IMG/VR virus record: IMGVR_UViG_3300031182_000003 | Source: an uncultured virus (IMG/VR IMGVR_UViG_3300031182_000003) | Lineage: Duplodnaviria; Heunggongvirae; Uroviricota; Caudoviricetes | Strand: one strand, 5' to 3' | Length of the DNA: 64,000 nt | Part shown: one piece after another, positions 27,421-37,532 of the stretch | Layout of the letters: every line of letters starts with the position of its first letter | Numbering within the stretch: the stretch's first letter is position 1 | The notes under the pieces: generated by a model | What the model was told of the DNA's origin: nothing | Databases searched by the model: none | Seen by the model: the letters and a program-made list of their open reading frames with translations, nothing else | Position numbers and translations under genes: made by a program

Positions 27421-27510
27421 GCGGGAGTAGCGAAGTCGGATAAACGCAAGAGTCCTGCAAGACTCTGCTCCAGAGGAGCTTCGGTGGTTCAAATCCACCC
27501 TCCCGCTCCA
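27421..27510 (+). tRNA. Atypical tRNA: Leu-like long-variable-arm body, GCA in an 8-nt anticodon loop, U73 (Cys-like)
   Basis: GCGGGAG/CTCCCGC-T-CCA; AGAGT-CCTGCAAG-ACTCT; GCTCC/GGAGC variable arm; GGTGG-TTCAAAT-CCACC. Confidence 0.75.
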
Positions 27511-27511
27511 T

Positions 27512-27588
27512 TCTCACTCATCTGGTGGATGGCGCGTCGCAGTCTGCGCAGACGCCGCGCGGGGTGTTCGATTCCCTCAGTGAGAGCC
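27512..27588 (+). ncRNA. tRNA-like RNA lacking an anticodon loop
   Basis: TCTCACT/AGTGAGA acceptor, CATC/GATG D-like stem, extended GCGCG/CGCGC arm, TTCGATT loop. Confidence 0.55.
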
Positions 27589-27592
27589 CCTA

Positions 27593-27681
27593 TGGGATGT
27601 AGGCAATGGTAAAGCCACCCCGAAGTGATCGGGGACAACTGAAAGGTGCTGGAGGTGTTCAAGTCCCTCCCGTCCCTACCA
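27593..27681 (+). ncRNA. tRNA-like RNA (loop AAGTGAT, no U33, bulged T stem, ACCA end)
   Basis: GGGATG/CGTCCC, GGC/GCC D stem, CCCCG/CGGGG stem, GGAGG-T-G-TTCAAGT-C-CCTCC. Confidence 0.6.
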
Positions 27682-27682
27682 T

Positions 27683-27782
27683 GCGGTGGCCGCCCGGCAG
27701 GCGGCGTCGCCAACAAATCTGACGCGGCGTGCGTTGAAACATTGTGGGCGTCGATGAAGGTTCAACTCCTTACCCACCGCCA
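27683..27782 (+). ncRNA. tRNA-like RNA with large insertion replacing the anticodon loop
   Basis: GCGGTGG/CCACCGC, CCGCC/GGCGG, AAGG-TTCAACT-CCTT; ends ...CCGCCA. Confidence 0.55.
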
Positions 27783-27792
27783 GTCTCCTTCT

Positions 27793-27827
27793 GAACCCCC
27801 TGCGGAACAAATCCCCGTAGGGGGTTC
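27793..27827 (+). terminator. Hairpin ending the tRNA cluster
   Basis: GAACCCCCTGCGG/CCGTAGGGGGTTC followed by T-rich sequence. Confidence 0.55.
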
Positions 27828-27838
27828 GCTGTTTGTAT

Positions 27839-27876
27839 GTATAATCGTCGTTACAACCGGTAATCCTATGGGTAAC
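27839..27876 (+). promoter_or_regulatory. Recurrent promoter/operator motif copy
   Basis: GTATAA...GTTAC-N17-GTAAC with internal GGTAATCCTA. Confidence 0.7.
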
Positions 27877-27898
27877 ACGACAAAGGAGGCCGGTTTCC

Positions 27899-28153
27899 AT
27901 GATTACGAAGGAGCAACATGAAATCATCATTACGCTGGCCGAGGCTGGGCTCAACAATCGGCTGGTGAAAGTGGAATACGAATATCTAACTCCCGGACGC
28001 GGTGGCCGACAAGTCATCTTGAAGCCAATACACTTTGTTCGCGGCGTGCGCGGTGGGGCTGACAAACTTCATGTCGTCGGATATGACCCGGAATCTGAAG
28101 GTATCCGGCAACTGGCCGTAAGCAACATTCACCGAATTGAAGTTATTGCGTAA
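27899..28153 (+). CDS. Small WYL-like domain protein
   Basis: VKVEYEY...RQVILKP...VVGYD...IRQLAVSNI pattern. Confidence 0.55.
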   Translation: MITKEQHEIIITLAEAGLNNRLVKVEYEYLTPGRGGRQVILKPIHFVRGVRGGADKLHVVGYDPESEGIRQLAVSNIHRIEVIA

Positions 28154-28195
28154 AGGGCCCAAGTGGCCCCGATTATTTTTGAAGGAGGGATTCTT

Positions 28196-28408
28196 ATGGC
28201 AGAGCAACAAATTCCGATCACAGCGTTCTACAGCTTGCTTCGTCATGAAGCCTATGTATTCGACCGGCAGGGCAAGATGCTGTTCAGTCTCCAAGACGAA
28301 CAGGCCGACGACATCCCGGAAGAATGCCGGGCAGACGACAATAAGTTGGCGGAATGGGTCTACGAAAACTACCGGACAGAGATCTATGATCTGATCGGAG
28401 GCGTATAA
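28196..28408 (+). CDS. Hypothetical protein
   Basis: AAGGAGG RBS. Confidence 0.65.
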   Translation: MAEQQIPITAFYSLLRHEAYVFDRQGKMLFSLQDEQADDIPEECRADDNKLAEWVYENYRTEIYDLIGGV

Positions 28409-28411
28409 CTC

Positions 28412-28693
28412 ATGATGACACAACTCCGATCCAATCGAGCCCGTATCTATGTTGTCAAAGACGGCGAGGATTTTGTCTGTCCGAAATGCGGCGGCAAACA
28501 TCAAAAGTTGTGGACGATTCAGCGCAGGGTACATCCGCTGACGAACTATGCCGGAGCGTATATCAACGGTTATTTCCGTGCCATTGACCCGACTTTGCCG
28601 ACAGATGTGGGCCGGATTCCGCGCGGCGCGGAGCCGGTTGAAGACAGCGTTGCCGCAGAACTGTGGCACAAGGAGGGGCATTACTTTGGCTGA
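28412..28693 (+). CDS. Hypothetical protein (CPKCG)
   Basis: GGAGG RBS. Confidence 0.6.
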   Translation: MMTQLRSNRARIYVVKDGEDFVCPKCGGKHQKLWTIQRRVHPLTNYAGAYINGYFRAIDPTLPTDVGRIPRGAEPVEDSVAAELWHKEGHYFG

Positions 28694-29372
28694 AACCAAC
28701 AAACGTCTGCTTGCGCTCGGCCTCAAGCCGGATGTTGTCCGGCTGGCCCATGTCGCCGCGATGCAGAGTGTACGCATGAGAAACGAAATCGAACGCGATG
28801 TGCTTGTCTGCTCAAAGTGTTCGCTCAGCGAAACCTGTAACGCGCCGGTGCCGGGATTTGGATCCTTTTCATCTGGCATCATGTTTGTCGGCGAAGCACC
28901 CGGCGTGGACGAAGATAAGAAAGGCGTTCCATTTGTCGGTGACACCGGACAGTTGCTTACGCTCATGCTGAACAAACTTGAGGTGGAGCGGAAGGATATC
29001 TACATCACGAACGCCGTCAAGTGCAGGCCGGAGAAGAACCGAACGCCAACGAAAGAAGAAATCAAGAAATGTCAGCGGCATCTGCTCAGTGAGATCCAGT
29101 GGATCAAACCGAAGGTGATCGTCACGCTCGGCAATCCGGCGATGCACAGTGTCATGAATGACTACGATCTGAAGATCACCCGGGAACGCGGCAGATGGAG
29201 GAAGATCGAAGACTTCGCGTGGCCCATCTATGTCATTCACACCTTCCACCCGAGCTATGTTATTCGGCAGAAGGGTGAAGATTTCAAGACCGCGTTCAAG
29301 CAGATGATGGGTGACATCCGCAAAGCCGTTACAAAATGGCGTCAATTGTCTGGTATAATGGAGGAGAGGTGA
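28686..29372 (+). CDS. Uracil-DNA glycosylase, family 4
   Basis: CSKCSL, FVGEAPGVDED, PFVG, ITNAVKCRP, TFHPSY. Confidence 0.9.
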   Translation: MAETNKRLLALGLKPDVVRLAHVAAMQSVRMRNEIERDVLVCSKCSLSETCNAPVPGFGSFSSGIMFVGEAPGVDEDKKGVPFVGDTGQLLTLMLNKLEVERKDIYITNAVKCRPEKNRTPTKEEIKKCQRHLLSEIQWIKPKVIVTLGNPAMHSVMNDYDLKITRERGRWRKIEDFAWPIYVIHTFHPSYVIRQKGEDFKTAFKQMMGDIRKAVTKWRQLSGIMEER

Positions 29373-29377
29373 TTTCG

Positions 29378-29788
29378 ATGGCTGATATTCATCTGGTCGT
29401 GGGCCACGAGAATGGCGATACGGAAGATGTCATTCAAACCGCGTGGCTCGATATCAACAGCGCCAATCAGCAGGCCGACCAGTCCAACAAAGAACAAGAC
29501 ATGATTCACCATCGTGTCGTATCTGTGGCTATTCAGGACTCCACAGTCCTTCCATACGTTGCAGTTTACCAGTGGGGCGGCATCGTCTCCAGAGTATCGC
29601 TCAGTGTCGATTTGCAACAGCTTATCGACGAGATGAACAAGGAGTTGTTTGATAACTTCGATCCCGATACCGACGATGCTCGCATATTTGATTCGCAGGG
29701 CAACGAGGTGTACTCCTTCGACCACGAGGCGATGTATGCCAAGCTCAACGAATTGGACGCAACGCCCGATGGAGACGAGGAGGGATAA
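29378..29788 (+). CDS. Hypothetical protein
   Basis: GAGGTGA RBS. Confidence 0.65.
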   Translation: MADIHLVVGHENGDTEDVIQTAWLDINSANQQADQSNKEQDMIHHRVVSVAIQDSTVLPYVAVYQWGGIVSRVSLSVDLQQLIDEMNKELFDNFDPDTDDARIFDSQGNEVYSFDHEAMYAKLNELDATPDGDEEG

Positions 29789-29812
29789 ATTCAGCCACAA
29801 GGAGCAGGTGTA

Positions 29813-30196
29813 ATGCGGTACGAGTACGGTTACTACACTCCGACATATCATTTGCTTAACCGCTATCGCCAGCGAATGTGCGAGCGGGTCGGATGCAAGA
29901 AGACGGCCCGCCGCATAAAACAGGCGACGATGAAAGAACTCGCCCGCCGGGCAAATTACATGTTGTTGTTTTCCATACACGGCAGACCGGGCAAAGGCGA
30001 GGACATCGAAGTTAGGTATTATTTCGATTGGAACATTGTCATTGACAACAGGAAGCGTACTATTATCACGATGTATATCGACCACAAACGACCGGTTCCT
30101 TCGGCTGATCTATTTGGCAATCGTCGATTACGCAAAGTTATATACGACATGTTCTTCAAGCCGAATAGCAAGGTTTATCGTGAAGTGTACGCATAA
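29813..30196 (+). CDS. Hypothetical basic protein
   Basis: AAGGAG RBS. Confidence 0.65.
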   Translation: MRYEYGYYTPTYHLLNRYRQRMCERVGCKKTARRIKQATMKELARRANYMLLFSIHGRPGKGEDIEVRYYFDWNIVIDNRKRTIITMYIDHKRPVPSADLFGNRRLRKVIYDMFFKPNSKVYREVYA

Positions 30197-30294
30197 TCTG
30201 TATTTCATTCGGTAATACTGCAAGTAACAGGGCGTGGCAAACCTGAATAGCAAATGTTGGGCGGCTCCTCGGTGTCCCGAGGAGCTTTGCTCTG

Positions 30295-30331
30295 CATAAT
30301 CACCGTTACATGTGGAGATACTATCAGTAAC
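30295..30331 (+). promoter_or_regulatory. Recurrent promoter/operator motif copy
   Basis: GCATAA-N18-ATACTA; GTTAC-N17-GTAAC. Confidence 0.7.
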
Positions 30332-30348
30332 GAAAGGAGTGAGCCTAC

Positions 30349-31125
30349 GTGTCGTTAAACAAATGGGTTACACCAATCAAAGATCACGTTGTTTATGAAG
30401 GCAACGTTATCAAATCCGGCACGCCGGGATTCATTCATGAGGTCGAAGACGACGGGCGCATTTACGTCTGCTTTCCGCAGGCGCATGTCCACTTCAAGCT
30501 GAGTGAACTTCGACCCGCTCCCAAGCTGACAGTGGAGGAAGCGCTCGAAATCATCAAAGAACATCAAGGTCATCATTGCGACGAAGGCCAGTTCCAATTC
30601 AACATCAAGTTTTACTGCTGGGACTTTCCGCCGGAGGTCGAAGCGTTCGAGAAGAAAAGCTCGCGCAACGCGGAATTGGTCTACAACGAATACCACAGTA
30701 TTCTTGAACAGGAGCTTTGCTGTCTGGTCGGTGCCGAAGCCGACTACGGCTACATGCAACTCTTTGACTGGGTCAAAACGTGGCATACGGCGGGGCGCTT
30801 AGGCGGCTGGCTGGTTCTGACCCACCATCGGAAAATTTGGCATGAGGACTACCGCGCTGACATTGAGGAACTCAGGCACCGCATTGCCAATTACGACGAG
30901 GAATCGGAAACGGAATACCTTTGGGTTCTGGAAGACCAGCTTGCCGAACTTGAAGATGAAGTCGTTGCGCTTGCGATGGATCTTCAATACATTGATATAG
31001 ATATTGAGCGAGCCAAGAAATCGCTCGAAGAATACATCGCAACCAACGAACCGTGGGAAGGTTTCATCGACCGGCACTTGAACACAGACGAGGAGGAGAC
31101 CGATGTCGAAGAAGAAGACGATTAA
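30349..31125 (+). CDS. Hypothetical acidic protein
   Basis: AAAGGAG RBS. Confidence 0.7.
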   Translation: MSLNKWVTPIKDHVVYEGNVIKSGTPGFIHEVEDDGRIYVCFPQAHVHFKLSELRPAPKLTVEEALEIIKEHQGHHCDEGQFQFNIKFYCWDFPPEVEAFEKKSSRNAELVYNEYHSILEQELCCLVGAEADYGYMQLFDWVKTWHTAGRLGGWLVLTHHRKIWHEDYRADIEELRHRIANYDEESETEYLWVLEDQLAELEDEVVALAMDLQYIDIDIERAKKSLEEYIATNEPWEGFIDRHLNTDEEETDVEEEDD

Positions 31126-31321
31126 AGAATCTGGACATTACTACGGGACGAAATTCCCTGTTGGCGTCGGAGCGTGATCTTGCAGACGGCGGAAAACCGA
31201 AACAAACGCTGTTCATCTCTTTGCTCAACGGCACAGAGGAAGATATGGAGACGCTGTACAATGCTTTCACCAGCGTCCCCGATCTGGAACGAAGGCGAAG
31301 AATGGTAAGGAGGGATTCCAA

Positions 31322-31822
31322 ATGCGACTGGTAGCTGATACCGAAGAAGATTATCAAATGCTGGCTCGTTTGCAACATCAAGTGACGCAACTGCTGAAGC
31401 AGGAGCAGGCCGATGGCGGCTCCGAGGTGCTGATCAGCACATTCAAACGCTTCATCAACACGCCGATTGAGAAATCGTACATGCGGCCCGGCCAGTCGGT
31501 GCAGGCGGCGAACACGTCGGCCATCATGGATACGGAAGATCGCGATCTCATTATTCCGTATATTGTTCACGCCGCCATCAATCGCAAGAAGATCGCTATC
31601 GAGTATTATTCCGACAAGAAGGGCATCTCGAAGCGTGTTGTTGAACCGTTCAATTGGAATGGCAACAACCTTGTCGCGTTCTGTCACGAAGCAGGGGCGT
31701 GGCGGCACTTCAAACCATCCAATATCCGGCGCATTGCTGTACTGGATGAGGACTTTGACCGCCCGGACGAAGTGCTGATTGTGGCATCGGACGCCAAGGA
31801 CAAAGCGGGGCTTGTGAAATGA
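31322..31822 (+). CDS. WYL-domain protein
   Basis: AINRKKIAIEYYSDKKGISKRVVEP...LVAFCH...WRHFKPSNI. Confidence 0.8.
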   Translation: MRLVADTEEDYQMLARLQHQVTQLLKQEQADGGSEVLISTFKRFINTPIEKSYMRPGQSVQAANTSAIMDTEDRDLIIPYIVHAAINRKKIAIEYYSDKKGISKRVVEPFNWNGNNLVAFCHEAGAWRHFKPSNIRRIAVLDEDFDRPDEVLIVASDAKDKAGLVK

Positions 31823-32289
31823 ACATCCCGATTCTGAACCGGGAGGAATACCTTCCTCCTGAACCCGTCTGTCTGGAGCATATGTTTGCTTTCTACGACA
31901 GTGAGAACGCCCATAGCAAACGTGCGCCGATGGTTGGTGATCCGAACGGCGAACCGTATATCGTTCAAATCCACGAACCCGGTTATTTTCGGTTGTCAAT
32001 TCTGATCTTCGCGGCCAGCGAGGAGGATGCCTACAACCGGGTGAAGTACGGATGCGAAGTCTTGCTGGCGAATGCTGAGAAACGGCTGAACGAATTTCTT
32101 TCGACGGCAGAGCCGAGTGTGCGTGCGCCGCACCATTATGAAGACCGGAAGTACCATCACGAGATTCATATATCCCGTGTGGCCGGTATTCTTCGGGAAC
32201 TCGAAAGCCGCAAACACCTCGTCATCGCGCCGTTCGATAAGCGGTTCGTCGCCAAAGTCCCGTGGGCACTTAACGATACAATCGGATAG
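31819..32289 (+). CDS. Hypothetical protein
   Basis: ATGA overlap with upstream stop. Confidence 0.65.
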   Translation: MNIPILNREEYLPPEPVCLEHMFAFYDSENAHSKRAPMVGDPNGEPYIVQIHEPGYFRLSILIFAASEEDAYNRVKYGCEVLLANAEKRLNEFLSTAEPSVRAPHHYEDRKYHHEIHISRVAGILRELESRKHLVIAPFDKRFVAKVPWALNDTIG

Positions 32290-32414
32290 TGCCCGATGTC
32301 GATCAATTGTATGACGCTGTCGCGTCAAGATTTGCAATGTACGATGCGAGATGAGGATGTGGTTATAAAGATTACCACACCCGATTACCACCCGCTGAAA
32401 GGAGATGAATCCTC

Positions 32415-33011
32415 ATGTCTGACAACAAGGTCTGTCCGTACTGCGGCAATGACTGGTTTCGTGTGTACCAGTGTATGCCGGTGCTCGTGAATCTGACGAC
32501 GAATGAGTGGCGCCCGCAGGTAGATCCGAACGCTCCGATACAATATCCGTCCTGCGCAAACTGCGAACGTCGCATCGAAGCATTCGTCACAGAGCAGTTT
32601 TTCCATGAAGTCATCTGTGACCCGAACTTCGACGATACGGCGGTAATTGTGATCCAGCAAGACAAAGCCAAGGACATCATCGGATTCTTGCGAGGCACAA
32701 AGCCGCTGAAGGATTATACCCTGCCCAACATGGTGGGCTTCTACGAAGAAGAACTGCTTGGCGGCGAATACAGAACCTCTATTGAAGTGCTCCAAACCGG
32801 CAAGCAGTATATCATCGTTGCGGTGTATTGGAAATCGTCCGAAGGCAAATGGGAAACCGTCAACACAAGAGCGACCCGTCTGCTTGGCAAACATGAGATC
32901 GAAGCGGACGGAAAGAAGTTTCAAATTATCGTCATCACATCCGAAGGCTACATCAGCGACGACGAATGTATAACCAACGTTACATCGGGAAATACTGATG
33001 GTAACGAATAA
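32415..33011 (+). CDS. Hypothetical protein with N-terminal zinc ribbon
   Basis: CPYCG...CANC; AAAGGAG RBS. Confidence 0.7.
   Translation: MSDNKVCPYCGNDWFRVYQCMPVLVNLTTNEWRPQVDPNAPIQYPSCANCERRIEAFVTEQFFHEVICDPNFDDTAVIVIQQDKAKDIIGFLRGTKPLKDYTLPNMVGFYEEELLGGEYRTSIEVLQTGKQYIIVAVYWKSSEGKWETVNTRATRLLGKHEIEADGKKFQIIVITSEGYISDDECITNVTSGNTDGNE
32968..33005 (+). promoter_or_regulatory. Recurrent promoter/operator motif copy (inside the end of a CDS)
   Basis: GTATAA...GTTAC-N17-GTAAC with internal GGAAATACTG. Confidence 0.65.
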
Positions 33012-33082
33012 AACAAACGCGGGCTTTTGCCGCCAGCGGCCTGCGTATGACATAGATATCTTTCATTAAGGAGGTCTGAAGC

Positions 33083-34051
33083 ATGACAACGACAGCACCA
33101 GCAGTCATCCGCAGTAATGCGGACATCCCGACATCCGAATTGCTCGGGTTCCTCGAATTCCATTCCATCCGCGACTTGCGGATTCACAAAGATGACCTGG
33201 CCCGGATTTTCGCCGACAACGGACTGGATACAAAGAAATTCCTCCCGGACAAAATCTATGCGCATGATGCTTTCCGCCGCGCATCCAAGGAGGTCGAATC
33301 TTCGATTCAAATCAACTACGGCGGCAGGAAGGATCAAAAGGCAAGGCTGTTGGTTCGTGAAGTGAAGTCCGACGAAAATCTCGTCATCCGGCATCTGGTG
33401 CGGGAGGTCGTCAATGACAAGGACGAGCGCCTTGATTATAATACAATTGGGAGGATCATCCTCGACCGCAAGACCGAGAAGGTCTCGACGGATTTCCAAC
33501 ACGGATTCCTGTCGGAATATCCGTATGACAAGGTGCTGGAGACCGCCCGCGACCTGTACAACGAGTGGATCAACTACCACACGCGGGAAACGATCAACAA
33601 CATCACCCGTCGCGTTATCAACGCGATGAATCACGTCAGCATCATGCCCAACGGGAAAGCAACCTTCCTTCCGCGCACGCAACGCGCTACGCTCGACGCG
33701 CTGGCCGGAGTGATTCGGGATCTGGCTCCGTACCATATGGACAAGAGCCAAACGTCCATCATCGAAATCATCCCTGTCATCGACACCGTCGAACAGCGGG
33801 ATATGATCGCCCGCCGGGCCGAAGCCGACATTCAGGAATCCGCAAACGAACTGATCGCGGACTTTGCCGACCTGCTGAGCCAAGAAAAGGTCAGCGTCAA
33901 GGCCGTCAAGGGCTACGCGGAGCGGTTCGTCCAGCTTCAAATGAAGCTGGAGGAGTACGAAGACATCGTCCACAAGAAAATGGACGCGCTTCAACAACAA
34001 CTGAATCAAGCGATGGAACGCATTCGGTTGGAACTGAAGCAAAGATCGTAA
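33083..34051 (+). CDS. DUF6744-like protein
   Basis: LLGFLEFHSI, DAFRRA, NGKATFLP pattern and C-terminal coiled coil (family recalled from memory). Confidence 0.55.
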   Translation: MTTTAPAVIRSNADIPTSELLGFLEFHSIRDLRIHKDDLARIFADNGLDTKKFLPDKIYAHDAFRRASKEVESSIQINYGGRKDQKARLLVREVKSDENLVIRHLVREVVNDKDERLDYNTIGRIILDRKTEKVSTDFQHGFLSEYPYDKVLETARDLYNEWINYHTRETINNITRRVINAMNHVSIMPNGKATFLPRTQRATLDALAGVIRDLAPYHMDKSQTSIIEIIPVIDTVEQRDMIARRAEADIQESANELIADFADLLSQEKVSVKAVKGYAERFVQLQMKLEEYEDIVHKKMDALQQQLNQAMERIRLELKQRS

Positions 34052-34071
34052 CCCTTCAGGGGGTGCATCTT

Positions 34072-34212
34072 ATGACCTTTGTGCTGGCGGCAATCTGTGC
34101 TATCTGCCTTATGCTGATCGACACGGCTAAACTGAAACATCGGTGGCATGAGGATCAACCGTTGAGTCATCTCAACGATGATTATATCCGCGCTTTCCAG
34201 AAAGAAAAATGA
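34072..34212 (+). CDS. Small membrane peptide
   Basis: GGGGTG RBS; MTFVLAAICAICLMLI. Confidence 0.45.
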   Translation: MTFVLAAICAICLMLIDTAKLKHRWHEDQPLSHLNDDYIRAFQKEK

Positions 34213-34239
34213 CATCTACCAAGGAGGCAATGAATCCAT

Positions 34240-35324
<1,085 letters not shown>

Positions 35325-35325
<1 letters not shown>

Positions 35326-35981
35326 TGGCAATTGCCATTGCTGATCACCTGATCGACAGCGGGTTGAAGCAAGAGGACGTGTCCAAGGTTGTCGAGGGCA
35401 TGTCCTCTTATTACAACCGTCTGAACATGATTGGGAACAAGATCACGAGTTGCTCGGCTTGTTCCCTTCGTGACGGTTGTCATGTCCCGATAGCCGGGAT
35501 CGGGCCGCTTCGTCCTGAAATCGTCGTCGTCAGCGACTATCCGCCGCTCGGTAAAGACGATCTATCCATCATCGAAGTTCAGGTCGTGATGATGATGCTC
35601 CTTTCGCGCATTCCGCTGAATGTCGAAGACATCTACTGGACACACGCCGTCAAATGTCGGGCCGACCGCGTCACGATGGGCCACATTAAGGAATGCTACG
35701 TGCATCTTGTCAATGAGATTGCGATACTCCAGCCAGCCGCTATTGTGGCGCTCGGAAGTGTTGCGATTAGTTCGCTCGCCACTGAACACATCTCAATCAA
35801 TGATGCGATTGACGGCGAGTTCCACTTCGAGATGGGAAATCCGCAAAACGGTTCTGAACGCCGGATTCCCGTTATTCCGGTCTATCATCCCCGCACTCTG
35901 ATGGGGATCGACAAGGCGGAGTTCAAGGACAAGATGAATCGGATGTGGAAAAATATCCGCGTCATCTCCGATTACCTGTAA
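35325..35981 (+). CDS. Degenerate family-4 UDG-like protein
   Basis: CSACSL, HAVKC and YHP kept; GEAPG replaced by SDYPP. Confidence 0.7.
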
Positions 35982-35995
35982 AGGAGGGAGACTCC

Positions 35996-36514
35996 ATGCT
36001 GTTTAAGGCTCAGTACGAAAAAGTCGTTGACGAGGCGAATGGCGAAAGGTTATTCTTTCTCGGGACGACCCGCAAGCCGCTGGAAGGCGGCGAGAAATTT
36101 ATTCGCGTGACCGGCGTGAAGCTTACCAACGGTAACATCCGTACTGAAGTCGTGTATTCGTTTCCGTTGTATGACGGCATCGTAACGAAGAACGTCTTCA
36201 GCAAAGAGCTTGATCCGGTAACATTCGAGCGGTTCCTCAATGATACCGCCATGACCATTGCCAAAGCCGAGCCGGGCAACAAGCTGGTGGAATTGCCGCT
36301 CGCCTATTTATCCATGCCGGATATCAACATGCTCAACGAGGAGCAGGCATACCTGCTGGATCTTCTTTTCCTTGCAACCAGCGGGTATCACGAGCAGACC
36401 CGCACCGGGTATGTCGTCGTCAAAGACATCGTGGAAGAACTCAACGAAGGCAAACGCAAGCCTTCTGAGATCAAAAATACCATCATCGCGACTATTCAAG
36501 AGGTCGCCAGCTAA
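35996..36514 (+). CDS. Hypothetical protein
   Basis: AAGGAGG RBS. Confidence 0.7.
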   Translation: MLFKAQYEKVVDEANGERLFFLGTTRKPLEGGEKFIRVTGVKLTNGNIRTEVVYSFPLYDGIVTKNVFSKELDPVTFERFLNDTAMTIAKAEPGNKLVELPLAYLSMPDINMLNEEQAYLLDLLFLATSGYHEQTRTGYVVVKDIVEELNEGKRKPSEIKNTIIATIQEVAS

Positions 36515-36532
36515 TTCAGGAGGGAATACAGC

Positions 36533-36862
36533 ATGAGTCAATGCAAACATCTGCCCGGATACGAGAACCTTACGGTGCTTGGCGCACGTCTGATCGTCAA
36601 GCCGACGCCGCCGGAAGAAGTCACCAAATCCGGCATCATCATCGCGCACAATGCGCAGGAGCCGAAGTATGAAGGCACCGTCGTTGTCACAGGCCCCGGC
36701 GCACGGCTGGACAATGGTGTCAAAATGCCGATGGAAGTCGAGGTCGGCCAGAAGGTTATCTACTCGCGGCTCGCGGGCGTGCCGATTAACGTAGAAATCG
36801 GCGGCAAGAAGGAAGATTTGCTCGTGATCAACGAACGCGACATCATCGCCATCATTGAATAA
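36533..36862 (+). CDS. groES: Co-chaperonin GroES
   Basis: EEVTKSGIII, GTVVVTGPG, MEVEVGQKVIY, ERDIIAII. Confidence 0.92.
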   Translation: MSQCKHLPGYENLTVLGARLIVKPTPPEEVTKSGIIIAHNAQEPKYEGTVVVTGPGARLDNGVKMPMEVEVGQKVIYSRLAGVPINVEIGGKKEDLLVINERDIIAIIE

Positions 36863-36921
36863 AGCGCTATCCGCTCCCCGTTGTCACGGGGAGCTTTGCT
36901 TTTCAAGAAAGGAGGGATGTC

Positions 36922-37512
36922 ATGAATCTGCCGGATATCAGCCAGCAGAAACCCGTCGGCAAAGGCTCCAGCCGGACGGTGTACCTGATGGGCAACCGTG
37001 TTGCGAAAGTTGCCAGAGGCCGGTACAAGCGACTTATGCGCGGCCTTGCACAGAATCGTGCGGAATACGAGATCTGGAAGTATGCGACTAGCGAACGCGG
37101 TGTAACGCATTTGTGCCCGATCATCGACATTACGCCGGATGATGAGATTCTCGTTATGGCAAAGGCAACGCCCATCAGCAATCTGAAGGAAATGCCGGAG
37201 AGCGCACGCGAAAACTTGCGGGTGTTCAAAAGGCGTCTTCGGTACATTTACATTGCGATGTGCGGCAAACACCGGCATCAGATCAACACCGAGAGGGTGA
37301 TTGAATACAACTCCAATCCGAAGACCCAGCAAGAGATGCGGAAGACATTCAAAAGCAAGCTGTGGTACGACATCCAGACGCTGGTGTATGACTACGGACT
37401 TGTTCTCGGCGATATCGTCCGCCCCTCGTCATGGGGGTACTACAAAGGCAGATTCGTTTTGATCGACTACGGTCTGACCAAAACCGTTCTTGATGAATGG
37501 TATAAAGTATAG
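36922..37512 (+). CDS. Protein-kinase-like fold protein
   Basis: GKGSSRTVY, VAKVA, QNRAE, VLIDYG. Confidence 0.6.
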   Translation: MNLPDISQQKPVGKGSSRTVYLMGNRVAKVARGRYKRLMRGLAQNRAEYEIWKYATSERGVTHLCPIIDITPDDEILVMAKATPISNLKEMPESARENLRVFKRRLRYIYIAMCGKHRHQINTERVIEYNSNPKTQQEMRKTFKSKLWYDIQTLVYDYGLVLGDIVRPSSWGYYKGRFVLIDYGLTKTVLDEWYKV

Positions 37513-37532
37513 CCAGCAAGGGAGGGACAGCA

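Noticed and set aside
27683..27782. Selenocysteine tRNA (selC)
   Set aside because: The long D-like stem and GCCA end are suggestive, but there is no UCA anticodon loop and no 8-bp acceptor stem.
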